Source: Takakia lepidozioides
Lineage: Eukaryota; Plantae; Bryophyta
Assembly (NCBI GenBank): GCA_030704615.1
Contig: CM060732.1
Coordinates: 62,682,001-62,746,000, forward strand
Length of the DNA: 64,000 nucleotides
Direction: 5' to 3'
Shown here: positions 26,660-39,828 of the stretch, piece by piece
Layout of the letters: the number at the start of each line of letters is the position of its first letter
Numbering within the stretch: position 1 is the first letter of the stretch
Translations under genes and position numbers: made by a program
Notes under the pieces: generated by a model
The model's input: the letters and a program-made list of their open reading frames with translations, nothing else
Database searches by the model: none
What the model was told of the DNA's origin: nothing

Positions 26660-27700
26660 TCATGTCATGACATTGGGATAATTGGGATAATTGACCCAGG
26701 ATCGCAAATTCAGGCTCTCTTGGCTAAATGGATCATAAGGGCAATCAAACACAGGCACAGTCCTTGGAGAATATTGATACAACCCTACCTCATGGGTTCT
26801 TTCCAGTGTTGGGCGGTTACCCGCCGGGATCCAAGTTAACCGCCGGTTCAGGTTCGGAACCGGGCCCATCCCTGCAGAACCTGACCCGGAACCGGAACCT
26901 GCCAATGGGGATAGGACCAGAACCGAACCGGCAGTTCCTGCCGGGTGTGAGAACCCGAGAACCGGGCACACGGGGATAAAAACAGGTTCAGGTTCTTGGC
27001 CTTTGGCACAACATGGCATAACCCTGGAGAGCTGGTGGGCCCCATGGCAAAACTTCCTTAATGCTCTCAAGCTCCATGAGATCCTGGGTTCAATGCTTGA
27101 AGCATTCTATGTTCAATGCTTCAACGCCATGAGATCTTGGGTTCAATCTCCAGCTCCATGATATCCTGGCTTAGTTCATTAATCAAAATGTTAGAAGATG
27201 CCAATACTTGCCAGATAGCTGAATAGTAATTTCAACCCATAAAATCTTACCCATTTTCTTCTACCAGTTTATTTACAGTATTTTTGTTTGTCTTTTTTTG
27301 TGTCAGTGAAAACTAATAAAATCTTTGGATTTTAGTTCAAATATGTGAATACATTGATATTTAATCTCCCGGACTGATAAAATATTTTAAATCTAAATAA
27401 ATTAAACAAATATATTTTAAAAATAAAACCGGAACCTAACCAGAACCAGTGGTTTTTATCAGCAACTAACCGGTAACCGGAACCGCCCCCATGGATCCGG
27501 AACCGTCTCTTGAAATAATTGTGGAACCGGAACCGAAGGTTCCTTCACAAATGCAAGAACCGCCCAACAGTGGTTCTTTCCCCACCTCGTCTCCTTTGTG
27601 GGGTTCGGTCCCTGAGATGGATAGTTCAAGGGCCCTCGGTTCAAGACCTTGGCAGACCATATGGAAAGCCTGGTACAGGGTGCCCCACACAGACAGCTGT
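26660..27700 (+). mobile_element. L1-type LINE ORF2 fragment interrupted by a hAT MITE
   Basis: IGIIDPGSQIQALLAKWIIRAI...PWRILI lies before the MITE and SRPWQTIWKAW after it. These resemble post-RT motifs of plant L1 ORF2. Confidence 0.6.
26804..27572. mobile_element. hAT-family MITE
   Basis: TIRs CAGTGTTGGGCGGTT and AACCGCCCAACAGTG (14/15). Perfect 8-bp TSD GTTCTTTC at 26796-26803 and 27573-27580. Dense GAACCGG subterminal repeats at both ends. Confidence 0.93.
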
Positions 27701-28256
27701 TTCTTATGTACCTGACTCTGGAGCCTGATTGTATATGAACTTGTCATGAGACATAGAATAAGGAACAAGGATACAATCCACCTACTTGAACATAAGATAT
27801 CAATTTCCAGTCTTCGAGATTTTGCAAAAGCAACAGACCTTTTTCTTTTGCCAGATATAGAATACCACAAAAATACTGAATTTTAACATTGTGTAACCTG
27901 TACACTACAACTGCACAGGAGTAACGGCGGCCTTCCGAAGCTCTGCCTGTATAGAGATTGTATACGTCAGCAAAACAAATGTCGGATAGGCAGACCATTC
28001 AGTCCCTTTCCAGCTTGCCTAGAGGCTCTCCTTTACTGTTAGGCCACACACATATACACAAGGGTTGAGCAAAAGTCCTTAAAATCAGCATGTCTAGGAC
28101 TTGGCAATGGCATTTATATCCATTAAAAGGTCTCCATTTGAGTCAATGACATCGCCCTCTCATTGACTAAACATGACTATGACCTTCTCTATATCAAGTA
28201 TAGAATAGATACCACACGAAAATTCTAGTAACATCCTCCATCTCACTGCTGGTTTG

Positions 28257-31200
28257 TCACACAAAAAGGTTCTTAAACCACTCTATGTCTTTTTGAAAGA
28301 CATTTTTATGGGCTGCAGTTCCCACTCCTGTTGTTTCAACACCATCCTTGTCAGATATAGACTCTAATGTTTCTCCATCTTCAACCACCTGAAAAACAGG
28401 ACGAGTATAGAGATGTAAGACCTGGGCGCAGCCAGAAACACATGAAGATGGTGGTCACACAAGACCATAGATCTCTCAAATACCCTCAAACTGATATATG
28501 TCTCACTTATCAGTCCCTACCCTAGAGCCATGCAAGTAAAGTATGTACACTTATCTTTTGGCTGAAGGGACTTCACTCAAGAGTCCACATAAAGACCCCC
28601 TGCACCTGCCAAACCCAGCGTTCACCAAAGGCTAACCCTGGTTTGTGGGTAGATACTGCCTTCCACCTCAGGGTTCAGCAATCAGAGCACATACCGGAAA
28701 GGGCCAGGAAAGGAGGACATTAGTGTTACTCTTGAGGGACCCTCCATGCTCAGCCATTCCAAGTTTGTACATAGACCCCTGCTGACTATGAAAACTCGGT
28801 GAAGAGGGCCAGTGCACAGACAACATTTCAGCTAATAGCACCCCATGTATCCCTGCAGCCCCCTTCATGCAAACAAAAAACAAGATCCTTATAAGAAGAT
28901 CCTCAACTTCAACATCCTTTGAGAACTCAAAATTAACAGATGATGTTCGACTTGTCACATACATTCACAACACTACAGCCATCGCGTCTTGAGAATAGCT
29001 ACCCCTTACACCTCGGTGCCCTCCAAATGGTATATAACCAGAATAGAAGACAGGCTCCTGACCTTTGCTATTCCTTACAGAAATATCCTTTAAAAGTGCT
29101 CCCTCACCAAAGTCTCTTTATTCATCCCCATGCGAATTGGGTCAGCCGAAGCTCGGTCAGTTGCCACATCCCTATGTGGACAAATATCAAATACGATTCG
29201 CATATATACAAGTCCAAAGGAGTGGGATATTGCTTACAGACAAATGTGCATGGAGGCTTGATATTGGGGAAAAATTATAATCACTGTGCGATCAAACTCT
29301 ACCTGAGGTCTCAAAATGTGGGGAAAAGAAGGCATTGTCCTCATTCTCTATATAAGGCTATGGGCAAGCCAGCGTTCGCAGAGTGTGTCTTGAGCACATT
29401 CTATAAGGCTATACTTCAATATGGAGTAGAAGATGATAACATTCTCAAGACTTCATAGATAATCTGTTCATTATATCCAGCGATATGTTGCCAAAGGGGC
29501 AGAATCATGTAATCAAGTTCTATCAGATTTCTCAGTTGAGTTCATGGTTCTATTGACCGATAATGTCAATAGATCGCCGATACTGACTAGTATTTAGAAG
29601 GGATCTAGGACAATCTTTTCCACTGAACCATTTAACCTCTTGAGAAAACAATGTTACTAATAAATTTCAATCACCTCTATTAGTCAATGATGGCTGGATC
29701 TTCCGCCTCTTTACCATCTCCTCTCACCTCCTCAGCAGCCACAGCCAGTGCGGCGTCGATCACGGGAATCTCAGGTACAGTTGGGGTTTCCTCTTGTCCG
29801 CTCAAATCTTCATCGACCCCATTGGTCGCAACACCAGTGCTCGAAACGTCCCCACCGTTAGACCCATTTGGTGGGACAAGGCTTCCCTCTTCCCCTTCTA
29901 GAGTCTCAACTATTGCCGCTACAGCCTTTACTCCAGCATTTAAGATACCAACTGTTGCAGTGGCTGCGGCATCTGTGCTAGCATCACCAGGAGAACTCAC
30001 CTCCAAAATACCCTTGTCAATGGTGGGTTCCGGATTTACTGGTGCAGTCTCAATTGCCGCCTCCTCTTCTACAGTTGTCCAGGGCTCCGATATGAGCAAG
30101 CCTGGGGATCCTGCAATAGTCTCTAGCACATAGTTCGCACCAGGCTGCCAATCAACTTCCCCATCCTTTCCAGTCAGGACATACTTGAACTCGATGATCC
30201 TCCCTTCAGGAACATCCTGCACAAAATTACCCAAAACAAAAGCTTTTTCTCGCTCAGAGAAAAGATAACATGTTCTAATCTCTACTATATCTAGTCCAAT
30301 CCAAATAATAGCGATTATACTTTGTTATGCTTGCAAAGAATACAGCATCTTCAGGACCCCATCATTAAAAACCTCATGAATTAGTTACTTAACTTGTTAA
30401 GTCCACGCTGAGTCTCTTCCCAAAACTTACCAACCAGGTCATGTGGGCTTATTGCCTTGGCAAGTGGGCGACCTTACATCCCCTCTAAGTTTGCATCCCA
30501 CTACATTTAACTATAATGAAAGGAACATACTATCCCATCACCATATCCACGGTATTTTGCTTCTTGAGCTTGTTCAAAACTTCACTTGGATTTCAGTGCT
30601 TAGTGCCACAAGCAGTACATAGACCCACCTACTCTGTGAATCGGGAAACACCCACCCTATTGCAACATAACATCAACCAATTAAACCTTAGAACATGAGC
30701 TGTTAAGAGAGAGACAAGGGTAAAAGTTCACTTCAGATTGAAACATGGGAAAGAAGGTATTCACCACTTCAAGAGTCCATATATGTCCTTCTGACCACAC
30801 CATGGGTTTGGCTGCTTTTGGATCCCAGTCACCAAATTGCGGGTCTCCACCCACAACATTGAATTCTTGCCCAAAATGACACTCTCTCTGCAGCTCAAAC
30901 TTCACCTTGACTGTAGGACCTGACATTTAGAGGAATATTAGAAGGCTGTGGAGAAACACTGTACAGATAAAAATCAGCAGCATTGTTCTCATGATTACAA
31001 CTACTCAAGATTTACTCTTCAGTCAATTCTTCAACGCAAAATTTTACACGAAAGTGAGGAAGAAAGTGACTTGGAAGTGCAAAGCTGTGCCAAAAAATCT
31101 CCTAAGTCACTATTGTGCATTTTGAATGCACCATTGTGGGCATTTTTTGAAGGGAAAGGCCACTGCCTGCACCTCTCTTTCAAAAGCACTAGACTGCTCT

Positions 31201-32654
31201 CATGCTCTTCCCCTACATTTCCCGATTTGTTTTCTTCCCTCTTCCCCAAATGTGTGGAAGTTGCAAACTACAGAACATCTACCTGTGTCTTCTGCAACTG
31301 TCGGCTCTTCCAGGGTCAATTCCTCGACAGCAGGTCCCTGCACAGTTGCCTCCCCCTACATACCACACAAACATGTTCCTGTTTATGTTGCAGCGATCTA
31401 TCAGTGCTTCAAGATTACCATCTTGACATTTCCACTGACAAACATGACTTGGAAGAGCCACCTGCCACGTGACCATTAGGGTGAGCTTTAGCCAACCGTA
31501 AAACAACTACATCGATTTCACCGGACAGTCAGACATCAGCAACGATAGGTTGTTGCAGTTGACTGCATGAGCACCAATCCCACAAACCGAATTGCTTGAC
31601 TAGGCTATGGACACACTCAATTGCATTAAGTATTTCCAGTGAAATAGCTAAGAAAAAAGAAAATGAACTCAGCATGCCAAACCCAAGTTATAAGAGGCTG
31701 TGGGGTTTTGATACAGAGTTCAAAGAAATCAAGAAGTCATCTTAGAAATTATTAGCAAAAGCAGCAAACGATGCACCAAAACAAAACTATTCAAGATGTA
31801 CAGCAAAGAGTGCAAAGTTTGAAGGAAAATAACACTTCCATCTGTGCTATGGAGAGATGGTCCGGCATGGTGATCTTCATTGATCTATGATATCACCATA
31901 ACTTTGAGAAAGGAGGGATCAAAATGAAATCGTAGGCATCTATGAGCCTGAACTGTACAAAGGGTAAGCTCAGCCAGTATCCTTCACATTCATTATCCGT
32001 TACATTGATGTAAGTCCACATCGGCGGTCGGAATATGCACTACTAAGTCCTGCTATCGTTCTGGCCTACAGAGAATCCTCCTACCAATGCAGATGATCTT
32101 GTCTCAATACTCTTGCCATGCATAAATAACCAAAGAAGCTTACATGCTTCCTTGAGCAGCTTACCAAGGATCAACGTGTAGAAGAAGCTTACGGTCTTAG
32201 CAAATGCGTCACATCATAAGAGCAAAGTTAGCTAGTGTGCTAACCAATTACCCAAGATAACATTGTAGACAACCTCCTGACAGAATGATACATTCATCAT
32301 GCCTTCTGGAAAGATGCAAACGCCACAACATTGTTTCAATTATATTGGGACTCGAAAGAATGACCAGAGAATCGTTTACTTCCACTATCGGGGACTGAGC
32401 TTGTGCTTCATGTTATGTACATGGAAAATCACCTCGGAAGCAGAAATCTTTGTGAAAGATGTCTTCCGGCGGGGCAAAAAGGCGGGGCTTGCAAATGTGA
32501 CACATAATCCATGGAAGACTTCCCCGTTTCTGTCCTTCAAACCCCCTCTTCCAACGAACGCCTGCACCTTCTTTTCCAGACAAATCTTCTCATGGTCGAT
32601 CACAAGGCTACAAGAGATTGCCTGGAGACCTGTAACTGCTGCTACAGCCTGCAT
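28257..32654 (-). CDS. CBM20 starch-binding-domain protein, probably plastid-targeted. Approximate exons: 32654-32433, 31337-31283, 30919-30765, 30216-29728, 28388-28257
   Basis: CBM20 motifs VKVKFELQRECHFGQEFNVVGGDPQFGDWDP...WSEGHIWT and IEFKYVL...VDWQPGANYVL. An acidic linker leads to C-terminal VFQKDIEWFKNLFV. GT/AG phases are consistent; the first two exons are less certain. Confidence 0.85.
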
Positions 32655-34154
32655 TTTCACAAGAAAAAATGGTGGTCTTTGGCTCAATTTACACTCTGTA
32701 GCTTAACCTTCCAAAGTATTCGGACTTCTCTCATTACAAGTGACGCCTCTTCCTGGCTGCTCCCGTATCCCAATGCTGAATCTAATGGCTCATCCGGTGT
32801 GTGTCCTTCGTATCGGCTGATGCCCGAACTCCTTGCTATCTCTTCCTGTTGCAGTATTATTTGGCATTGAAAGCAGGGAGAAGACTATTTTCTGTATTTT
32901 ACCTAGAGTAATAAAACAGGGCACGAGAACTGAGAGAGCTGATCCAGTGAAACATCGCGTCCCCAATTCAGTGGTCTGCCAGATTGCCGAGATGCACGTT
33001 GCAAACTACTGCACTGTCAGTATTCTGTACAGTCAGCATGACATTATTTAGTGCTAGCTAAACATGTTTCTCGTCTCTAGCATATTCTCCTGTACTTAAT
33101 GCCGCAGAGGTCTCCACGGATGAAGATGAGCTTCATCCGGCGATTGCAGGCTTGTCCGAATATGATGTGCTTCAATCGAGATCGTGCAAAATACTCATGA
33201 CCTCAAGAAGCTTCGGTCATTGTGAGTTGATCCTGCTATCCTGAGTCATTTTGTCTCATTATGTCTTCTCTCGCAGAATGGAAATGAAAGCTTTCCTCGA
33301 ATTCATGGTTAAGCTTGGTTTCGGTCTCTGCCCGTCATCTTAAGCGAGTGAATGCCCTAATTCTCCATTCTTTGGCATCCGTGGAGTAGCACACGTAATA
33401 ATAGATCACCCCAAACTGGCTCGAGGTATGCAACTTTCATGTACTTATCGTCTTTAGGGCCTCCTCCTTTCTCACATCTGTGCTTCAGCACAGATAGGGT
33501 AAGCTCAAACTCCGCTGTGTTGATTCATGGCAATTCAACGCTCAGATTGGATCCGAGTGTACATCTGGTATATTTACGGCCTAATACTTAAGGGTTTGAT
33601 GCCCGAGCATGATGGATATGATTGTATTGTCTTCACACATTATTTTTGGGCAGTTGGACGAAGGCCATACATTTTAATTGATGTGGATGCTGAGATTGCG
33701 CACAGCATTCACAGTGGGAACTTGTTGACCACTTTCTGACTGGCTTTCTCCTGTGCTGAAATTTCAGGCACTTCATTCAATTAAGTATTTTGGCTCTGCT
33801 GGAAGAAGTAGCTCTTGAAGATGATTGGGCACAATGATTGGGCACAAACTAATCACAATTTATGCTTGGCCTTGGATCTCAGGTGTCGTTTGTCCCCTAA
33901 AACGGCTTCATTGACAATGTTGCTTTAACACATGCCTCACTCAATTGCTCACACTCACTATAAAATTCAGAGACCTCACACTTATGTTGCATATAGTGTT
34001 GTTTTGGCCCTATGTGGCCATTAGTGACCTTCATCCATTTACACGCTTTTAGGGTGTTGTATCCTTCGGAGAAACTGTCTTTATATACAATTAGAATGTC
34101 ATATGGCTTGAAGTGGTATACACCTTGAGTCCTGATGGATTGTCTTGGTGTTTT

Positions 34155-35250
34155 TCAACTTGCATTGAATAACTTCGAATTCACAGCTACTTGGGGTTGG
34201 CTGGCAAGGTGTAAGCAAGGGTAGCGGAGGCTATGGATCCCGGGTTGGCATCTCTTGAGAGGCGCGAGATAGACAAGACAGGTGTGTATATCAATGAGAA
34301 GAACTGAGGTTGGAGAAAGGGTGTTGATCGGTAGGCCATGTACAAACAGGATGTCAGGGCATAGTCTGGCAGGGCAGGAACAAGGGGGCGTTGGCAACGG
34401 CAAGTGCATGGGAGTAACCACGGTGGAACAGTATGGTCAGGGGCTTGCCTTGGTAGATGCTTGCATTTATGAATGAGAACCAGCGGTTTCGGAACGTTGC
34501 ATAAGAAGTTTGTGGATGTGTCAGACTGCATGGTTATGACGAGTGATGTGCAGGCCATGGATGACCGGGTGGGTACATTGGCTGAGGAGATGTGGCCATG
34601 TGTCCTTAATTTGATGGGTGTCTAAACATAGAGGACAGTATGGTGAGGGGAATAGACATGGCCAGAAGATGTGTTTACGTTGGTGGCCCATATATTGAGC
34701 GTATCGGAATTTAAGTGTTTGTCGGATTTGTGTATCTGTCGCAACTTTGGAATGCCAGAAATAGTTTGACAGTTTATGGTGTAGTATTGTGGATTGTGTT
34801 CATTTTTAAATGTGGACTTTGGTGTGGCTCATAGATGTCACAGCTTGTAGATTGGCTTCCCGAGTGAGGACGGTGGGGAGGTTACGTACGGGTTTGGGAT
34901 CAGGAGGGTTTGGGATAGGGTGTACAAGCCAGAATGGATGGGTATGCGCAATGACCTACGGGAGGATGGTACCTTTTGGGCAGAGGGTACCACGTGGTAC
35001 ACATAGGGACCCATGGGTACCCAAGGCATCCATGAGCCTAGGTAGCAGGTTGGATTCGAATTGTCATTTGTTGGTAATGATGTGTTGTGAGCGAACGGAG
35101 TGCCCTGAGGTGTATGGCTTTTAAAGCACTTATGTATAGAGGTGATGGGGAGTTTAACATGGTTTTGAAGTGTAGACATGTTGGCATTATGAATGCATCC
35201 TCTGGTACCGGCAGTGATGACAGTAAGTGAGCCTGTGTTCCAGCCACGTC
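34155..35250 (-). mobile_element. Degenerate non-LTR retrotransposon C-terminus with CCHC knuckle and restriction-like endonuclease (Dualen/RandI-like)
   Basis: The minus strand reads SNYFWHSK...LKFRYAQYMGHQRKH...YCPLC(34637-34626)LDTHQIKDTWPHLLSQCTHPVIHGLHITRHNHAV*HIHKLL. After frameshifts it gives TVPPWLLPC and ARLCPDILFVHGLP...LLIDI. An RNase H-like remnant may lie near 35060-35100. Confidence 0.7.
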
Positions 35251-35447
35251 GGTGGATGTTTAGGATGCAAATCTACAAAACAAAACAAAACAAACGTCTC
35301 GCTTCATATATTGATTTGTGAAACATAATAATCTAAGTCCTACCGGCAAACAAGAAACTTATCATCCCTCAGGCAAAGTTGGTTTGTTGTAAGTCCTATG
35401 TTTTATTATCGTCTTGCAAGATTTTACAATTCCTAAGTGATGGAACT

Positions 35448-36087
35448 TGTGACGACCATTTGCCTTTAGGGCCGGGAGTCGAGACACGAGTGGGAATTGC
35501 ACGGCCTGTGGTGGGGACAATAGCAGTAGTGGGAGTGGGGTCTGAACGACCTTTGGGACATAGGCATTTATTGGGCGTGGGCCCTTGACCAAAAGCGGGC
35601 TCTGAGTGGGCTAGTCTTTGGATAGGGAGTCAAAGTGGGGAATCGTGGAATTCACTAAGGGCCTAAGGATTGGAGGTGGGAGTCCAAGGACTTACCGTGG
35701 GCCAATTGCGTCAGGGGGTGGGCCAAGATTCATCGCGACTTCTCCCAGGGAGTCCAGTTTCTCGATGGTGCAGGTGCATCAGAATGTGAATGGGCTGCTT
35801 GTGAGACCCCCGTCGACACCTACAGAAGTATATGTAGGGAGTAGTAGACCTAAGAACGGTGTGAGCCTCTAGAGTGACCAAAGACAATAAAACATTTGAG
35901 CAAGCTGAAAGTGACCAAGCATGGGGAGCTATTCCAGACTGCCTACAATCTAGGGATTTTCATGTGATCCACATGATACAAGAGAGAAGACTCCGGGCAT
36001 TGAACCGGTGTAACTAAGAGCCATTTCACCTTGCGGCTACTGCCCCCTTTCGAGGGTGGGCCCTATAGGGACAAAGGTGTCGTAACA
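35448..36087 (+). mobile_element. Diverged solo LTR related to the LTRs at 39105 and 45351
   Basis: Starts TGTGACG..TTTGCCTT.AGGGC.GG.AGTCG.GACAC and contains CTACAGAAGTATAT.TAGGGAGTAGTA..CC.AGAACGGTG and TGGGGAGCT.TTCC.GACTGCC. These are collinear with the reverse complement of the 39105-39828 LTR. Probable end GGTGTCGTAACA; no TSD seen. Confidence 0.75.
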
Positions 36088-36256
36088 CCTGTAACCGAAA
36101 CCTTATGCGTGAACTTGTTCTAGTTTTCGATTGTTAGTGATGTGAGCTGTAAGGGATCTAACGGCGGTGAGATGTATATTTTTGAAGCATTGATGGATAG
36201 CTATTCGATATTATATAATAAGAGAGAGAGAAGACTCCGGCCAAAGCCAGCGTAAT
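35981..36256 (-). repeat. Copies 2 (35981-36064) and 3 (36221-36256, truncated) of the short structured repeat
   Basis: Direct sequence match to 6516-6599, in the same orientation. Confidence 0.8.
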
Positions 36257-39104
36257 TTTTTTAGTTTTCAAAGAGGTAGAACGAGTACACTATCCATGTT
36301 TTATCAAGGGAATTTCAACAACGAGAGCTTACAAGGGATGTACCTTATAAAAGTCTTTGTATAACAACACTTCAAAGTACAAAAATGAGCATGTTCAAGA
36401 TTTGATGTGTGTGTGTGTGAGAGAGAATTTAATACATTAGGCTAAGAAGTTGGAGAGTGCCACGGTTCATATGGAGAAGGAATTGTATGACGGAGAAGAC
36501 AAACTAGCTGGACATTGTTTTATAAGCCAATATTGACTAACACGGAAAGACAATGGAGAGTGGTGCTCGAGAAATACAATTGCTTCCATTAATTACAACA
36601 TGTCAATTAAACATGACCTTAGAACACAAGACACATTTCTTGATCTCAAATATTTATGAGAGAAAAACATCTATGAGATTCCGAATCCACATAGGCATCG
36701 ATGGACCCTCTCCAATAGAGAATAAGTACATGCAAGAAATAAAAGCTCTCTGTAATTGTTTGTAGGCCATGGTAGCGTCCTCTGGTTGTAAAATTGAACT
36801 TCAATATGTGGACTTCAAAACGTTTCCTATTCAAAGAGTTCATTACATTCAGTTCTCTTCAGATTTATCCCTCCAATTCCATCACATTCAATTTATCTTT
36901 TCGCATTTGTTCTTTGCATTTACTTTACTATTATCATATTGTAGGTGAAGTGGGGTATGTTGACCATATGTGATAAGTTATGATCCCCTCCTTCCCTAAC
37001 TACTACATTCAATAAATAATGGGGTATTACCAAACAGATGGCATTCTAAAAGGTTAGCCATAAATGTTTGTTCAATAGTTTATCAACTTCTTTACACAAC
37101 TGGATTTGCAGCTCCTCCCTAGATGATGTTAATCTCATCATAATTGCAAAGTGGCTCCCCCCACTCTTGTAATTACAGATGTTTGGCCACTTGGCCCTCT
37201 CTAAGTGAATAGGTAAGGAGCTTCGCACTGTTGGCATAAGTCTTATCCATCTTGTCAAGTTATTTTACCACTAGTGTGAAACTAGCTAGGAAATAGCTAG
37301 CTTTTACATATTGACATTTGGGATTGGCCCAAGTGTCAATCCAGGGGTCAAGGCAGATTTAGGCCCTGGAGTGGTTATCTTCACGGCAAGCGCGGGAGGC
37401 TCATCTTTCTCGAGTTGAGCCTCACCGCGCCTAGCTATGGCGCCGTAGTGTGGATTCCCCATGGCGTGGGGTGCACTTGGCTTAACTTGTATTTGAGTAA
37501 TGAGGTTATACATGCATGAGTTTATGCTTCAGCTTTGTGAGCTTACATGAGCTTGTGCTTGTATTCTTCTTCTTTATCACTCGATAAAGATGAGCTCGTA
37601 TCTGTAAGTGCCAGATACGAGTTAGTTGTAGCACTTGTGGTTTTTGCTTGAGAATGAGAGAAACCAGGTTGTTATGCAAGGAGCACCGTGGAGCTCTTGG
37701 TTGTTAGAAGCGGAGGTGATGTGGGTTACGAGGTAGTAGACCTTGGCATTCGATCTTCAACTTCAGAGATGAAAGCACCATGCTGCAGGTAATTCCAGAG
37801 CACCTTGATGGTTTCAGATTGTGTACATGCATGAACAAGCACGATTCAAATGAGGACTCAAGATCTCTGGGAGGCAGGTTTGGTGGAGCTCTCTGATGGA
37901 GAGTATGCTTCAGCTACAGTGATGCCAGCCAAGAAAGATGTCTATGGCAATTGGACGGAGAGACGTATGTGCGGTGATTACCGGCCTGTAAATCGTCAGA
38001 CCAAGTCCGATAAGTATGCCATGCCAACACCAGAGGAGATCTTTGATGCCATCGGGCATGCTAAGGTCTTTAGCACTTTGGATTTACGATCCGGATATCA
38101 CCAGTTGCCAATCAAGGAGGCGGACAAGCAGAAGACAACATTCTGGGGGATCAATGAGCACGGCAAGGATTGCCTATATCAGTGGCGGTTCTTACCATTT
38201 GGGCTTAAGAATGCTGCTGTAGAGTTTCAGAGAGTCATGGATAGGATTCTAGCAGGGGTGGACTTTGCTCGGTGCTACATAGATGACATCATCATCTTTA
38301 ATGTTACGGTGGAGGAGCATGAAAGACACCTTCAGGTGGTATTGGAGCGCTTGAGAGCGCACGGATTGAAGTTGCATCCGGGTGCAAGTTTTTCCACAAC
38401 CAGATTGAGTATCTGGGTCATATGATATATCCTGGAGGATTGGGGGTACAGCAGATTAAGGTAGAGGCCATTGCACAAATTCCACGGCCCACGGATGTGA
38501 GCCGAGTTTGAGCTTTCATGGGGTTGGCAAACTATTATAGACGGTTTATCAAGGGATTTAGTGCCATTGCAAAGGCTCTAACCAAGCTGATCAAGGTGGA
38601 CCAGGAGTGGCAGTGGGAAGATGAGCAGGAACGAGCTTTTCAAGAGCTCAAGGCGAGGTTGACCTCGACGCCTATCCTGAGACGACCTATCAGGGGGCGT
38701 CCCTTTCACCTGCATACGGATTGAAGCATGCCGGGGCTTGGAGCGGTGCTCACATAGGTGGATGATGAGGGAAGATAGTTCGTAGTGGCTTATGCTAGCC
38801 GCTCAAACAACGCTGCAGAGACTAAGTACAGCTCATATGAGGGAGAGTGCTTAGCTGCAGTGTGGGCCGTGGCACACTTTCAGGTGCTATCTATACGGCA
38901 GTCTTTTCACCATTGTCACGGATCACCAACCACTCAAGTGGTTGATGGAGTCAGACAAGCTTACGGGGAAGCTTGCACGGTGGGCACTCATACTCCAGGA
39001 GTATGACTTTCAGGTTGTGCATCGACCGGGTTTGGTCAATCGGGATGCGGATGGATTGAATCGCAATCCATGCACGAGCCAGTAAGATGACACTGGAGCT
39101 CGGT

Positions 39105-39828
39105 TGTCACGCACCTCACTTCAGTAAACTCCCCTTCAAGTCATAGTTACTCGCTTTGATGCGCGCGCCTGACTCCCAACCTGGCCGCCGGGCCAACTTG
39201 GAGCTTCGGCTGCTCACCGGGACATAACGGTCCCCCCTTCGCTTCCCTCTAAAACCCTCCACCTAATTGGGACTAGGAGAATTCCCTTTGGTAGATGGCA
39301 GTCCGGAACAGCTCCCCACTCTTTGGTCGCTTTCCGGCTCGCTCGCTTACTCACTAGTTTTTGGTCACCAACGGGCTTGCACCGTTCTCGGGGTTACTAC
39401 TCCCTATATATACTTCTGTAGCTGTCCGCGGGGGTTTCACAACCAGCCATGCCATTTTATGGCGAACCACCACGAAGACCCTCGATTCCCGGTGGTGAGT
39501 CGCGGTGAGTCTTGGCCCGCTCACCACGGCCCCTATGGACCGTGATGAGTCCCAAGACTCCCCACGACTCCCACCACGAGGTCTCCGCCCCATGGTGAGT
39601 CCTATGCCACCCCACTAAGTCCCACTAAGCTACCACCACCCCTTGTGGAGCCACCCCCACCGCAACCCGGTGTGCGGGGCTCCACCTAGTGAGCGCCTCC
39701 GCCTCCTTGAGTGCCTTGGGCACTCAAGGGTGCTTCAGCCCCCGTACCTATCGCTGCTACTGCCCCCACCACAGGGGCAGCCCCTCTTGTGTCCCGACCC
39801 CCTGCCCTCAAGGCAAAGGGCCGCGACA
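39105..39828 (-). repeat. 3' LTR of the chromovirus (724 bp)
   Basis: Near-identical to 45351-46077. On the minus strand it is preceded by the purine-rich tract GGTAGGGGTGTG. Confidence 0.97.

Noticed and set aside
26804-27572. Regularly repeated GAACCGG motifs superficially like a CRISPR or iteron array
   Set aside because: They are explained as hAT subterminal repeats bounded by TIRs and an 8-bp TSD. The context is eukaryotic and there are no cas genes.
28940-29458. 172-aa ORF antisense within the last CBM20 intron
   Set aside because: No recognisable motif; probably a chance ORF.
33100-33790. Exon-like segments with GT/AG borders diverging from the CBM20 gene
   Set aside because: No consistent reading frame or recognisable product could be assembled.
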